Shown: positions 1 to 7,514, counted from the first letter of the stretch. The stretch: 64,000 nt of DNA from a virus (IMGVR_UViG_3300042875_000419); one strand, 5' to 3'. Translations and numbers: made by a program. Notes: generated by a model not told the origin, from the letters alone.

Positions 1-326
1 AGACTTTGGCGGATAAAGTGTATAAAGAAGTGGAAAAGCAAGTTCAATTTGAAATGAGTGAAAAGAAGAAGAAAGAAGAAATTGTTAAGAAAATAATTAA
101 AAATACTTTAATAAGTGAAAAGGATGCTCAACGACTTTTAGAATTTGAAATGATGAACAACATACCTGGTTATAATTTGTATACTGTGTCAATGCCAGGT
201 GGTGTATATAAAGATGTATTAAAATATCCTGAAAAATATTTACCTGATAACAGGCGTGGAAGAAGTTTGGGATTGGCTCAAGAGAGAATGCATAATACGA
301 TGGTAGATAGTCAGTATAATAAGTAA
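1..326 (+). CDS. C-terminal part of a hypothetical protein (frame open at window start)
   Basis: No stop upstream of the ORF-track start at 6; first gene of a tightly packed + strand cluster. Confidence 0.7.
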   Translation, partial: TLADKVYKEVEKQVQFEMSEKKKKEEIVKKIIKNTLISEKDAQRLLEFEMMNNIPGYNLYTVSMPGGVYKDVLKYPEKYLPDNRRGRSLGLAQERMHNTMVDSQYNK

Positions 327-343
327 AACAAAAAGGGAAAAAT

Positions 344-841
344 ATGATAAAAAAAATCATAGCAATTGGGTTAGCAATGGCTCCATTAATAGGAATGACT
401 GAGAGTGCTATAATTACGGGCACTATCACACCTAGATGCGTAATCTATACAGAAACCGCTGGTGTTTACGGTAACCCATCACCAGATGTTTTAAGCACAG
501 CAACTGCTGATGGTGGTGTTCAACCAATCATCAGATATGATGTACTCCAATCTGGTTTCTACAAGGCGGTTATCACAGTACCTAATTCGTTCTCATCATC
601 ACCTGCATTAACAGATAGTGTTAGATGGACTGGTTCTGTGGACGTAAGTAGAGTAACCGATGCCGCAATGTCCGCATATTCCACAAACAGGACTGTTTAC
701 AACAATACAACCGAAATTACTTTAAGTGTACCTGGAACAGTTTGGTTTAAAGCAGAATCTAAAGCGGAATATGGCTACAATAAAGCATTTCCAGCTGGAA
801 CATATAAGGCTATTGTAAACGCAGAGTGTATTGCAATATAA
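344..841 (+). CDS. Exported beta-rich protein, fimbrial/pilin-subunit-like
   Basis: Signal peptide MIKKIIAIGLAMAPLIG; mature part starts AIITGTITPRC and ends AIVNAECIAI (terminal Cys pair, alternating beta pattern). Confidence 0.6.
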   Translation: MIKKIIAIGLAMAPLIGMTESAIITGTITPRCVIYTETAGVYGNPSPDVLSTATADGGVQPIIRYDVLQSGFYKAVITVPNSFSSSPALTDSVRWTGSVDVSRVTDAAMSAYSTNRTVYNNTTEITLSVPGTVWFKAESKAEYGYNKAFPAGTYKAIVNAECIAI

Positions 842-847
842 AATTAT

Positions 848-1222
848 ATGTTTCGTTATGCTTTTATATTATTAATTGGAATTGCGGGGCATGTAAATGC
901 TCATCAATTCCTTCCAACGTATCCAACGTTTGAACTTTCTTTTGTTGAAGGTGTTGTACAAACAAAAATGCAACTCTTTAATAAGAGAAAAGAGATAGAA
1001 TATTATGAATTGAGTGTGTATGATGCAGATTGGAAGCCACTTCCATATGCAACAGAAAGCAAGATTGTAAAAATACAATTTCTTCAAACTAAAGATGTTA
1101 TCATTTACATTAAAAAAGAAGATTTGAAAAGAATCAAGTACATTTGTTCTGAGTCTAAAATACAAAAAGACAACACTCAGAGCACTGTAATTTCTTCTAG
1201 GATCTGCTCAAAGATACAATGA
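848..1222 (+). CDS. Exported protein, pilus-chaperone (Ig-fold)-like
   Basis: Signal peptide ending VNA-H; beta-strand pattern; two C-terminal Cys (YICSESK, SSRICSK). Confidence 0.5.
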   Translation: MFRYAFILLIGIAGHVNAHQFLPTYPTFELSFVEGVVQTKMQLFNKRKEIEYYELSVYDADWKPLPYATESKIVKIQFLQTKDVIIYIKKEDLKRIKYICSESKIQKDNTQSTVISSRICSKIQ

Positions 1223-1629
1223 AATATTTGATTGGTCTACTTATATTACTGGTAACACAAAACAGTTTTGCTCAAGGAGCATTAAGTTTAGCATTACCTA
1301 GTGCTCCTGGTAGCTATCAATCGGATAGATTTAGGTCAGGCGAATTGGATTGTTCTATGGCTATAGGTTCGGGTACAAACGTAGAGTTTGGAGTTATTGG
1401 TGTTATAGGAAATAACACCAATCCGTATCAAACAACTATATCAAATTCAATGAATCAGAATGCAAAAGATGTTGGTGTATATGGAAGAATAACCATACCA
1501 ATTGGTGCACCAAAAGGACGGGTTGATTGTAATATTCTTTATCAACTTGAATTGACTAAAAAGAGGATTGAAATTCAAAAATTGGAAAATGAATTAAATA
1601 ACTTAAAAGCACTAAAGTTTGAAAAATGA
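1219..1629 (+). CDS. Exported protein with beta-hairpin core and C-terminal coiled coil
   Basis: Signal peptide ending SFA-Q; Cys pair; heptad C-terminus; ATGA overlap with previous gene. Confidence 0.75.
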   Translation: MKYLIGLLILLVTQNSFAQGALSLALPSAPGSYQSDRFRSGELDCSMAIGSGTNVEFGVIGVIGNNTNPYQTTISNSMNQNAKDVGVYGRITIPIGAPKGRVDCNILYQLELTKKRIEIQKLENELNNLKALKFEK

Positions 1630-1859
1630 TTATCACACTCGATTTAAATTGGTTTTTTGATTTGTTACCATATTTTATTTTAGGTATTGGAATTGGTATT
1701 GCATCTTTTTATATTTTCTATGACGACAATTCAATGTCTGAATTAGAACGTAAGAAGCATGATTTGGAAGTGAAAAAAGAGTGGCTTCGTATGTTAGCCG
1801 AACAGAAAAAAGAAACTTCTAAACAGCAAAGATGGAATAACTATGTCAGAAGAAATTAA
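1626..1859 (+). CDS. Small membrane protein
   Basis: One hydrophobic helix then a charged helix; ATGA overlap. Confidence 0.7.
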   Translation: MIITLDLNWFFDLLPYFILGIGIGIASFYIFYDDNSMSELERKKHDLEVKKEWLRMLAEQKKETSKQQRWNNYVRRN

Positions 1860-2463
1860 AAACGTCAACGCTAAGATTGACGAAGCAGAAGCGGCAATGA
1901 AAAAGTATGCCAGCAAAGATACTGTTATCAGTATTGGTGGCTATGAATTTACACCAGCTAAACTAATGGTGGCCGCAACTATTGTAAGTTCCACATTAGG
2001 TGGATTGTATGGTGCATTTGAGGTCTATAAGGACTATCAAAGCATGAAGAAAAAGATTGCTGAATACTCCGCACCAGATTTGTCGGAGTTTGATAAGCGT
2101 CTAGCCGTCATTGAAGAAAATTCTGGTAAGACCAGTGACTATACACGTGATATCAAAAATGATTTAAAGAATGATATCCGCCGTAATGAATCTGTGACTG
2201 AACAAGTTGAACGTTCAGTTAAAAATGTTCAACGTGAAACTGAATCTGAAATGCGTGATATGCGTAAAACGGTGAGAGAAGATTTGGAACGTGCTAGAAC
2301 CGAGGCGGCCGCTATACGAAAAGATATGGAACAAACTCGAAAAGAAATAAACTCAGAGTTTACTTCCGCACGTAGAGAGATTAATCGAGAAGTTGAAACA
2401 CTCAAGAGAGAAGTAGACAACAAGATACAGAAAGCAATTGACAATCCTTTAGCCGGCAAATGA
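1843..2463 (+). CDS. Membrane-anchored coiled-coil protein
   Basis: Hydrophobic segment LMVAATIVSSTLGGLYGAF followed by a long charged heptad region. Confidence 0.8.
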   Translation: MSEEIKNVNAKIDEAEAAMKKYASKDTVISIGGYEFTPAKLMVAATIVSSTLGGLYGAFEVYKDYQSMKKKIAEYSAPDLSEFDKRLAVIEENSGKTSDYTRDIKNDLKNDIRRNESVTEQVERSVKNVQRETESEMRDMRKTVREDLERARTEAAAIRKDMEQTRKEINSEFTSARREINREVETLKREVDNKIQKAIDNPLAGK

Positions 2464-2639
2464 AATACTTAGTGCTACTGTTGTTGATGGTAATTATACC
2501 ATCATCAGCGGCACGTTATGAATGTATCCGTTGGACATGGACCGGTGATGTGTACAATCGAAAGGTTGTTTGTTTGGAATGGCGTCAAGAAGATTGTTCC
2601 AAACGACTACACAAACATATATGTAAAGGAAACAAATAA
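2460..2639 (+). CDS. 59-aa exported Cys-rich peptide (absent from ORF track)
   Basis: MKYLVLLLLMVIIPSSAARYECIRWTWTGDVYNRKVVCLEWRQEDCSKRLHKHICKGNK; overlaps both neighbours (ATGA and TAATG). Confidence 0.7.
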   Translation: MKYLVLLLLMVIIPSSAARYECIRWTWTGDVYNRKVVCLEWRQEDCSKRLHKHICKGNK

Positions 2640-3133
2640 TGATAGACCCGATAACCGCATTGGCCGGTATACAATCGGCTGTTGCATTAATTAAAAAAGT
2701 ATCAAAAACTGTTGATGATGTTTCATCATTGGGTCCAGTTTTAGGTAAATATTTCGATGCTAAAAACAATGCATCAAAAGCTATGGTGACGGCTAAAAAT
2801 AGTGGTAATAAATCTGCTATGGCTACAGCAATTGAAATAGAAATGGCGCTACATCAAACAGAACAGTTTGAAAGACAATTGCAATTGTTATTCATGCAAA
2901 CAGGTAAGATAGATGTTTGGAATAAAATAAAAGCACGTGCATCAGCAATGAATATAGAGTCTGCACACGATGCACGCCGTGAAAAAGAAGCCCAAGAAAG
3001 ACGAAAAAAGAAAAATGAAGAATTGGTGGAAATAATTTTTGCCAGCGTTTTTCTTATTATTATTCTTATTGGCACATTTTGGGGACTTTACGAACTTATA
3101 ACTTACTGTAGTCAAGTTCGTTGTGGTAAGTAA
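2639..3133 (+). CDS. Helical protein with C-terminal transmembrane segment
   Basis: Amphipathic N-terminus; TM IIFASVFLIIILIGTFWGLY. Confidence 0.8.
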   Translation: MIDPITALAGIQSAVALIKKVSKTVDDVSSLGPVLGKYFDAKNNASKAMVTAKNSGNKSAMATAIEIEMALHQTEQFERQLQLLFMQTGKIDVWNKIKARASAMNIESAHDARREKEAQERRKKKNEELVEIIFASVFLIIILIGTFWGLYELITYCSQVRCGK

Positions 3134-3135
3134 AA

Positions 3136-3210
3136 TGGTGCTCCGACTAGGAATTGAACCTAGACTCAATGAATTATGAGTTCACTGCTTTACCATTAAG
3201 CTATCGGAGC
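3136..3210 (-). tRNA. tRNA-Ile2/Met (CAT), probably Ile2
   Basis: Cloverleaf, loop CTCATAA, encoded CCA; C4-G69 and C5-G68 pairs as in TilS substrates. Confidence 0.85.
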
Positions 3211-3213
3211 ATT

Positions 3214-3301
3214 TGGTGCGGGAAGAGGGATTCGAACCCTCACGCTTTTTAAATTGCGGCGGGTTTTAAGCCCGCTGTGTCTACCATTCCACCATACCCG
3301 C
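3214..3301 (-). tRNA. tRNA-Leu (TAA)
   Basis: GCGGG-CTTAAAA-CCCGC arm, long variable arm, TTCGAAT, CCA. Confidence 0.95.
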
Positions 3302-3302
3302 A

Positions 3303-3395
3303 TGTCCATTTTTAACCACATTTGAACCGTTCTTCAGCGTTTAGTCGCTATCTCCCTTACTAATCGGGCGTAGGGTATGTGGTTAAAAATGGACA
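3303..3395 (-). ncRNA. Long-stem spacer RNA L1
   Basis: Perfect 19-bp inverted repeat 3303-3321/3377-3395 enclosing small hairpins. Confidence 0.5.
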
Positions 3396-3410
3396 CCTTT
3401 CGGTGTCCAT
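3385..3410 (-). terminator. Intrinsic terminator after the TROVE-like gene
   Basis: ATGGACACC-GAAA-GGTGTCCAT followed by TTTT on the minus strand. Confidence 0.75.
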
Positions 3411-3415
3411 AGCCG

Positions 3416-4846
3416 TTACAGCACTTTGTAACGGTCATCCATGATGGTCTTAAGCATCACAGTTTCTGGTGTGAAGGTTTCTAGGTCACCAGCAAGGAGT
3501 GGCTTAACCACGGCTGGAGAGAAACCAGACACCAGTGCAGTACCAGACTTGTCAAACTTCACAGGCGCATTGCCATATGAAGCGTTCAAGTTCCAGAATA
3601 CAACCTTTGGAAGGATGTAGCCTGCGGCTTCGTACTTACGTGCAATCATTTCGATTGCAGAGTCATCATGCTTGACACATTGGTCAAATTGCATGTCAGA
3701 CAGAATCAACACCATTGAAGGCATATCTTCTTTCGCTACGTTACCTTTTACAGCAACGTCTAGGATTTTCGCAAAGGCCTTGTTCAGGTCAGTGTTCATA
3801 TCCCAGTTGGACTTAACCATTTGGTCAATCTTAGAGTTGATACCACCCTTTAGGTGCATCAATTCTGGCTTGCCAGAGAAGGTCAAGAATGTGTCCTTGA
3901 ACGCACCCTTGTTCTTGTCAGCAAGGTACAATCCCAGAGAGACTGCAACTTCCAAACAGGTCAACTTACCAGTCTTGCCTGCGGTGCAGGTCATAGAACC
4001 GGATACGTCAACCAGAGGCAGAATGTTTGCATCACCAACATAGTTAGGCAATGCGTTCCATTGTGCTTCAATCAAGTCCATTTCGGTCTTGTCGAACTTC
4101 ACACCATAGCTGTTGATACGACCCTTCAGCACATCATATGGGAATACCGCAGATGCGTTAACCTTAACTTCAACGGAACGATCCTTTGGATCCTTCATCA
4201 GTTCTGCAACGTAAGCCGCATAAGCTGGAGAGTTACGGTTGAAAGCCTTCTTGTAACGGGAAGCCGCCACAGAAGGAACATGTGAGAAGTTAATGGAATC
4301 CCAGTCCTTTGCACACATGTTTGTTTCAACAACTTTGGTCATTTCAACCAAAGACTTACGGTAGAACTTTGGTGACATTCCGAAGAATGTACGGATTTCT
4401 GCCGCAAGTGGACCTTGGCGAGGTGTCCACTTAGCCGCCAAACCATTCTTTTCACGGAGTGCGTTACCAAGAATAGTGTATGCGGCTTCTTTCAGTGCTT
4501 TGGTCTTGAAGACAAACAAATCATCCCAACGACCCAATTCTGGCACTTTAGCCAACAGAGCCTTAGCGGCTTCTGTATCAGTGTTTTCCAGATACACTAG
4601 GATATCACGGAACAATTGACGTTCACCAGCACCACCACGTGCATCACGTAGCCATGCGGCAACACGGAGAGCCAATTCACGGTTCTCCGCCAAGGCAGCC
4701 GCAAATGCAGGCTTAATATCTTTTCCACGGGAAGCACCCGCATTGTAAAACAAATCAACCACCGCATTGGCAGTTGACTTGCGAGCCTTCATACCGTTTT
4801 CGGTACGGGCTTCTTGGTTCTTAACAGCTTCGACAAATGTTGACAT
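3416..4846 (-). CDS. Ro60/TROVE-like helical-repeat plus vWA protein (DUF2828-like), 476 aa
   Basis: Motifs RDARGGAGER, GRWDDL, AAKWTPR; vWA MIDAS DVSGSM and LSDMQFD; AAGGAG before ATG at 4846 (the ORF-track start at 4891 lies in an ncRNA). Confidence 0.85.
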   Translation of the reverse strand: MSTFVEAVKNQEARTENGMKARKSTANAVVDLFYNAGASRGKDIKPAFAAALAENRELALRVAAWLRDARGGAGERQLFRDILVYLENTDTEAAKALLAKVPELGRWDDLFVFKTKALKEAAYTILGNALREKNGLAAKWTPRQGPLAAEIRTFFGMSPKFYRKSLVEMTKVVETNMCAKDWDSINFSHVPSVAASRYKKAFNRNSPAYAAYVAELMKDPKDRSVEVKVNASAVFPYDVLKGRINSYGVKFDKTEMDLIEAQWNALPNYVGDANILPLVDVSGSMTCTAGKTGKLTCLEVAVSLGLYLADKNKGAFKDTFLTFSGKPELMHLKGGINSKIDQMVKSNWDMNTDLNKAFAKILDVAVKGNVAKEDMPSMVLILSDMQFDQCVKHDDSAIEMIARKYEAAGYILPKVVFWNLNASYGNAPVKFDKSGTALVSGFSPAVVKPLLAGDLETFTPETVMLKTIMDDRYKVL

Positions 4847-4865
4847 AATGAACTCCTTTTCAATC

Positions 4866-4986
4866 AACAGGTTAAACTTTTTGCGGACCAACGTGCTACC
4901 ATTACACTAGACCCCTAAGGGAGTCCGGAATCGAACCGGTCTTTCAGTTTTCATTTGCATATTTTGTTTTGCGGAACTTAACCTAA
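4866..4986 (-). ncRNA. Y-RNA-like RNA E with permuted tRNA-mimic domain (YrlA-like)
   Basis: Terminal stem AGGUUAA/UUAACCU, GUUCCGCAA motif; inside, T-arm CCGG-UUCGAUU-CCGG, loop-closed acceptor stem, then D-arm GUGU-AAUGGUA-GCAC. Confidence 0.75.
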
Positions 4987-4993
4987 AAAAAAT

Positions 4994-5205
4994 AACAGGA
5001 TGGTCGTTCTGTAATTTTCTGTTTACTCTAACAGGAGTGCAATTGAACCACTCAAACCCCGATGGATTACCATCATCTTTCTGTCTTTCCAGAGTCAAAT
5101 TTAATTGAGGTTTATTCCCTAGTCTACGAAAATACACCTTGCGGTGGTCCCTCCATTGTAGACGGTTCTGTAGTAAGTTAATTTAAACTTGCTGAATCCA
5201 TCCTA
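4994..5205 (-). ncRNA. Y-RNA-like RNA A (large insert)
   Basis: Terminal stem AGGAUGG/CCAUCCU, AUUCAGCAA motif, several internal hairpins including CACC-GCAA-GGUG. Confidence 0.65.
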
Positions 5206-5232
5206 AAAAACTTATATAATCTCCATATAAAG

Positions 5233-5261
5233 ATTATATCACGTTAAGTGTAACTTGGCAA
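5233..5261 (-). promoter_or_regulatory. sigma70-type promoter for RNA A, RNA E and the TROVE-like gene
   Basis: TTGCCA-17 nt-TATAAT. Confidence 0.8.
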
Positions 5262-5292
5262 GGCTTTTTTGCATTGTTGCCTAAAAACAACA

Positions 5293-5367
5293 TGGTGTCC
5301 TCGACAGGAATCGAACCTGTATCCCATTCTTAGGAGGAACGTATTCTATCCATTGAACTACAAGGAC
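5293..5367 (-). tRNA. tRNA-Arg (CCT)
   Basis: Cloverleaf, loop CTCCTAA, CCA. Confidence 0.9.
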
Positions 5368-5369
5368 GA

Positions 5370-5459
5370 TGGAGGAAGAAGGAGGAATTGAACCCCGACC
5401 GGCGGTGGCAAGTCTTCCGTTTTCCAAACGGACGTAGGAACCATCCTACTGCATCTTCC
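5370..5459 (-). tRNA. tRNA-Ser (GGA), atypical
   Basis: TCCGT-TTGGAAA-ACGGA arm; 5-bp D stem, weak variable arm, mismatched T stem; CCA. Confidence 0.75.
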
Positions 5460-5460
5460 A

Positions 5461-5537
5461 TGGTGCCCCAGGGGGGAGTCGAGCCCCCAAAATCCAGTGT
5501 TTGAGACTGGCACGTATACCGATTCCGTCACCGAGGC
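5461..5537 (-). tRNA. tRNA-Leu (CAA), short variable region
   Basis: CCAGT-CTCAAAC-ACTGG arm, 5-nt variable loop, T loop CTCGACT, CCA. Confidence 0.85.
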
Positions 5538-5544
5538 ATAAAAT

Positions 5545-5618
5545 TGGTGCTCCCAACAAGAATTGAACTTGTGTTTCACCCTTACCAAGGGTGTGTAATG
5601 CCACTATACTATGAGAGC
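5545..5618 (-). tRNA. tRNA-Thr (GGT)
   Basis: CACCC-TTGGTAA-GGGTG arm, CCA. Confidence 0.95.
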
Positions 5619-5623
5619 ATAAT

Positions 5624-5699
5624 TGGTACCAACTGACGGAATCGAACCGCCTTCCATGGTTCTTCAGACCACCGCTATGACCACATCAGCTAAGTTGGC
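5624..5699 (-). tRNA. tRNA-Phe (GAA)
   Basis: GTGGT-CTGAAGA-ACCAT arm, CCA. Confidence 0.95.
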
Positions 5700-5703
5700 A
5701 AAC

Positions 5704-5778
5704 TGGTACCTTGTGACGGGATCGAACCGCCGACCTTCTCCGTGTAAAAGAGTTACTCTACCGCTGAGTTAACAAGGC
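5704..5778 (-). tRNA. tRNA-Val (TAC)
   Basis: Loop TTTACAC, TTCGATC, CCA. Confidence 0.95.
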
Positions 5779-6018
5779 TCATTCAAATACCGCAATCACA
5801 TCATCAATGTGAATACGATATGTTTCCTTTTCAATTTTATATGCTTTGTTCCAATTAATCAATAGTTCTTCACCAATTGAAAGTGATTCATCACCAGTTG
5901 CAATTACAATTGCACGATCTGGTTCAATAGAACTTTGTAGAATGATACCACCGGAAGAAACTTTCTCTGGTTCTTTTCGTTCAACAATTACATTACGATT
6001 CAATGGAACATACGTCAT
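5779..6018 (-). CDS. groES: Co-chaperonin GroES/Cpn10
   Basis: PLNRNVIVER...SSGGIILQ mobile loop, A-V-A-G strand, DDVIAV C-terminus. Confidence 0.9.
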   Translation of the reverse strand: MTYVPLNRNVIVERKEPEKVSSGGIILQSSIEPDRAIVIATGDESLSIGEELLINWNKAYKIEKETYRIHIDDVIAVFE

Positions 6019-6038
6019 AAAATTTCCTTAATAAAAAT

Positions 6039-6113
6039 TGGGGAGAAGTACGGGAATCGAACCCGTGATAGCGGAATCACAACCCGCGGTTTTACCACTA
6101 AACTAATTTCTCC
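6039..6113 (-). tRNA. tRNA-His (GTG)
   Basis: GCGGG-TTGTGAT-TCCGC arm, G-1:C73, CCA. Confidence 0.92.
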
Positions 6114-6121
6114 ATAAAAAC

Positions 6122-6195
6122 TGGAGCGGGTAGAGAGAATCGAACTCTCACGCTAACCTTGGCAAGGTCACAAGCTACCATTACATCATACCCGC
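6122..6195 (-). tRNA. tRNA-Gly (GCC)
   Basis: Loop TTGCCAA, U73, CCA. Confidence 0.95.
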
Positions 6196-6201
6196 ATCAC
6201 A

Positions 6202-6687
6202 TTAAGCAACCATTTCTTGTTCCGCAAGAATCCGCTTTAAACGGTCTGCACAGAAAGAAGCGGCTGGTGCATCTGGTTTAACCATTGGTGTCATGTTACA
6301 TGTACCTTTGATATAACCAATTGCTTGTTGAACAACACAAGAAGAACCGTGTTCAACAGACTTGTTAAGGTCTAGGTGAACTTCAACGTGACGGTCTTCC
6401 AACACATCTTGCAATTCTTGAAACAGTTCGGATACTTTGTACACTTCTGTCATCAAACGCATTGCTGGCTTGGATTTCTTGTGGTCATAATCTAATTCAC
6501 GATCAACGTATCCGAAGATTTTACATCCGTGACAACCATCGATATGAACAACGACAGCCAAAGCGTAATCTGCATACCAAACGCCGTTAACACGCATACG
6601 TTCGGAGTCTGCACCAAGGTAAACACGGGTGTCTGGTCCTTGAGCCACAATAAAATCTTTTACTTTTTGGATATCGAAATTTTTCAT
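6202..6687 (-). CDS. RNase H-like YkuK/DUF458-family protein
   Basis: VYLGADS, A-V-V-H, RLMTEVYK, VEVHLDLN, KPDAPAASFCAD motifs; likely start MKNF at 6687. Confidence 0.75.
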   Translation of the reverse strand: MKNFDIQKVKDFIVAQGPDTRVYLGADSERMRVNGVWYADYALAVVVHIDGCHGCKIFGYVDRELDYDHKKSKPAMRLMTEVYKVSELFQELQDVLEDRHVEVHLDLNKSVEHGSSCVVQQAIGYIKGTCNMTPMVKPDAPAASFCADRLKRILAEQEMVA

Positions 6688-6702
6688 ATCATTACCTTTG
6701 TT

Positions 6703-6778
6703 TGGCACCCCGAGAAGGACTCGAACCTTCAGCCTTTGGTTTTGGAGACCACTGCTCTGCCAATTGAGCTACCGAGAT
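6703..6778 (-). tRNA. tRNA-Trp (CCA)
   Basis: Loop CTCCAAA, G73, CCA. Confidence 0.92.
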
Positions 6779-6963
6779 ATTATTTTTTTATCTACTTTTG
6801 TTTCAGATTTGGAATTAGCAAGTCTTGTAAACTCCTCATCTTCATTTTGTTGGTCCTCAATCTTCCGCAGATCACGACTGAAGATTGCGTCCCATCTATT
6901 CGCCCATTCTTCACACGAAACACTTTTCGGTCTAGGAGAAGAACCTTTTCCGCCATCACTCAT
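6769..6963 (-). CDS. Small hypothetical protein
   Basis: TAGGAG RBS; MSDGGKGSSPRP...WDAIF; stop lies within tRNA-Trp. Confidence 0.65.
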   Translation of the reverse strand: MSDGGKGSSPRPKSVSCEEWANRWDAIFSRDLRKIEDQQNEDEEFTRLANSKSETKVDKKIISR

Positions 6964-6983
6964 AATTGACTCCTATAAAAAAT

Positions 6984-7058
6984 TGGCCGGTCCTGAGAGA
7001 ATCAAACTCCCACTTCAACGTTCGTAGCGTTGTGTAATATTCATTTTACTAAGGACCG
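6984..7058 (-). tRNA. tRNA-Arg (ACG), atypical D and T loops
   Basis: CAACG-CTACGAA-CGTTG arm; D loop lacks GG; T loop TTTGATT. Confidence 0.85.
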
Positions 7059-7065
7059 AAAAATC

Positions 7066-7140
7066 TGGTGGTGCTAGAAGGTACCGAGCCTTCCTCATCG
7101 GCTTATGAAACCGTTACGCATCCGTCTACGTCATAGCACC
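7066..7140 (-). tRNA. tRNA-Met/Ile (CAT), atypical
   Basis: Loop TTCATAA, T loop CTCGGTA, CCA. Confidence 0.8.
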
Positions 7141-7215
7141 ATATAAAAACACACTAGACGAGGCGACCCGTTTCGAACCAGTTCCTGCTTATCTCTAATG
7201 TATTTTTATATGGTG
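7137..7215 (-). ncRNA. Long-stem spacer RNA L2
   Basis: 22-bp stem with G-U pairs on the minus strand joining the tRNA-Ala 3' CACCA to the next tRNA 5' GGUG; inner GGUUCGAAAC T-loop-like motif. Confidence 0.45.
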
Positions 7216-7285
7216 GAGGATAGGAGAATCGAACTCCTGCTTCATGCTTGCAAAGCACATGTGCTACCATTACCACTAATCCCCC
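7211..7285 (-). tRNA. tRNA-Ala (TGC)
   Basis: G3-U70, loop TTTGCAA, CCA. Confidence 0.95.
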
Positions 7286-7290
7286 ATAAA

Positions 7291-7357
7291 CAACAGAATA
7301 GTTTTTGCGTTTTCAATTACAAGTTGAATGCTTTTTATTTGCTGAACCTATTCTAAA
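7291..7357 (-). ncRNA. Y-RNA-like RNA B with anticodon-like hairpin (UGU)
   Basis: Stem AGAAUAG/CUAUUCU, GUUCAGCAA motif, inner UUCAA-CUUGUAA-UUGAA. Confidence 0.7.
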
Positions 7358-7359
7358 AC

Positions 7360-7435
7360 TGGCTCCGGTCTCAGGATTCGAACCTGACTTCAAGGATTAA
7401 CAGTCCTCCGCCCACACCTAGTTTGCTTCACCGGA
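7360..7435 (-). tRNA. tRNA-Asn (GTT)
   Basis: GAGGA-CTGTTAA-TCCTT arm, G73, CCA. Confidence 0.92.
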
Positions 7436-7442
7436 ATAAAAT

Positions 7443-7511
7443 AACAGGATGATTTTTGTCGCTAGACAACCATAAAGTTTAGCTAATTTTATTTGCTGTA
7501 CTCATCCTAAA
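7443..7511 (-). ncRNA. Y-RNA-like RNA C
   Basis: Stem AGGAUGA/UCAUCCU, GUACAGCAA motif, inner UUGUC-UAGC-GACAA. Confidence 0.65.
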
Positions 7512-7514
7512 AAC

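Noticed and set aside
3303-3395. Hammerhead ribozyme (CUGAAGA in L1)
   Set aside because: The required GAAA after stem II is absent (CAAA) and the three-way junction cannot be drawn
4847-4891. 15-aa N-terminal extension of the TROVE-like protein
   Set aside because: It overlaps RNA E; the AAGGAG SD points to the ATG at 4846
7443-7511. Anticodon mimic in Y-like RNA C
   Set aside because: The best hairpin has a 4-nt loop (UAGC); no 5-bp stem with a 7-nt YU-NNN-R loop can be drawn
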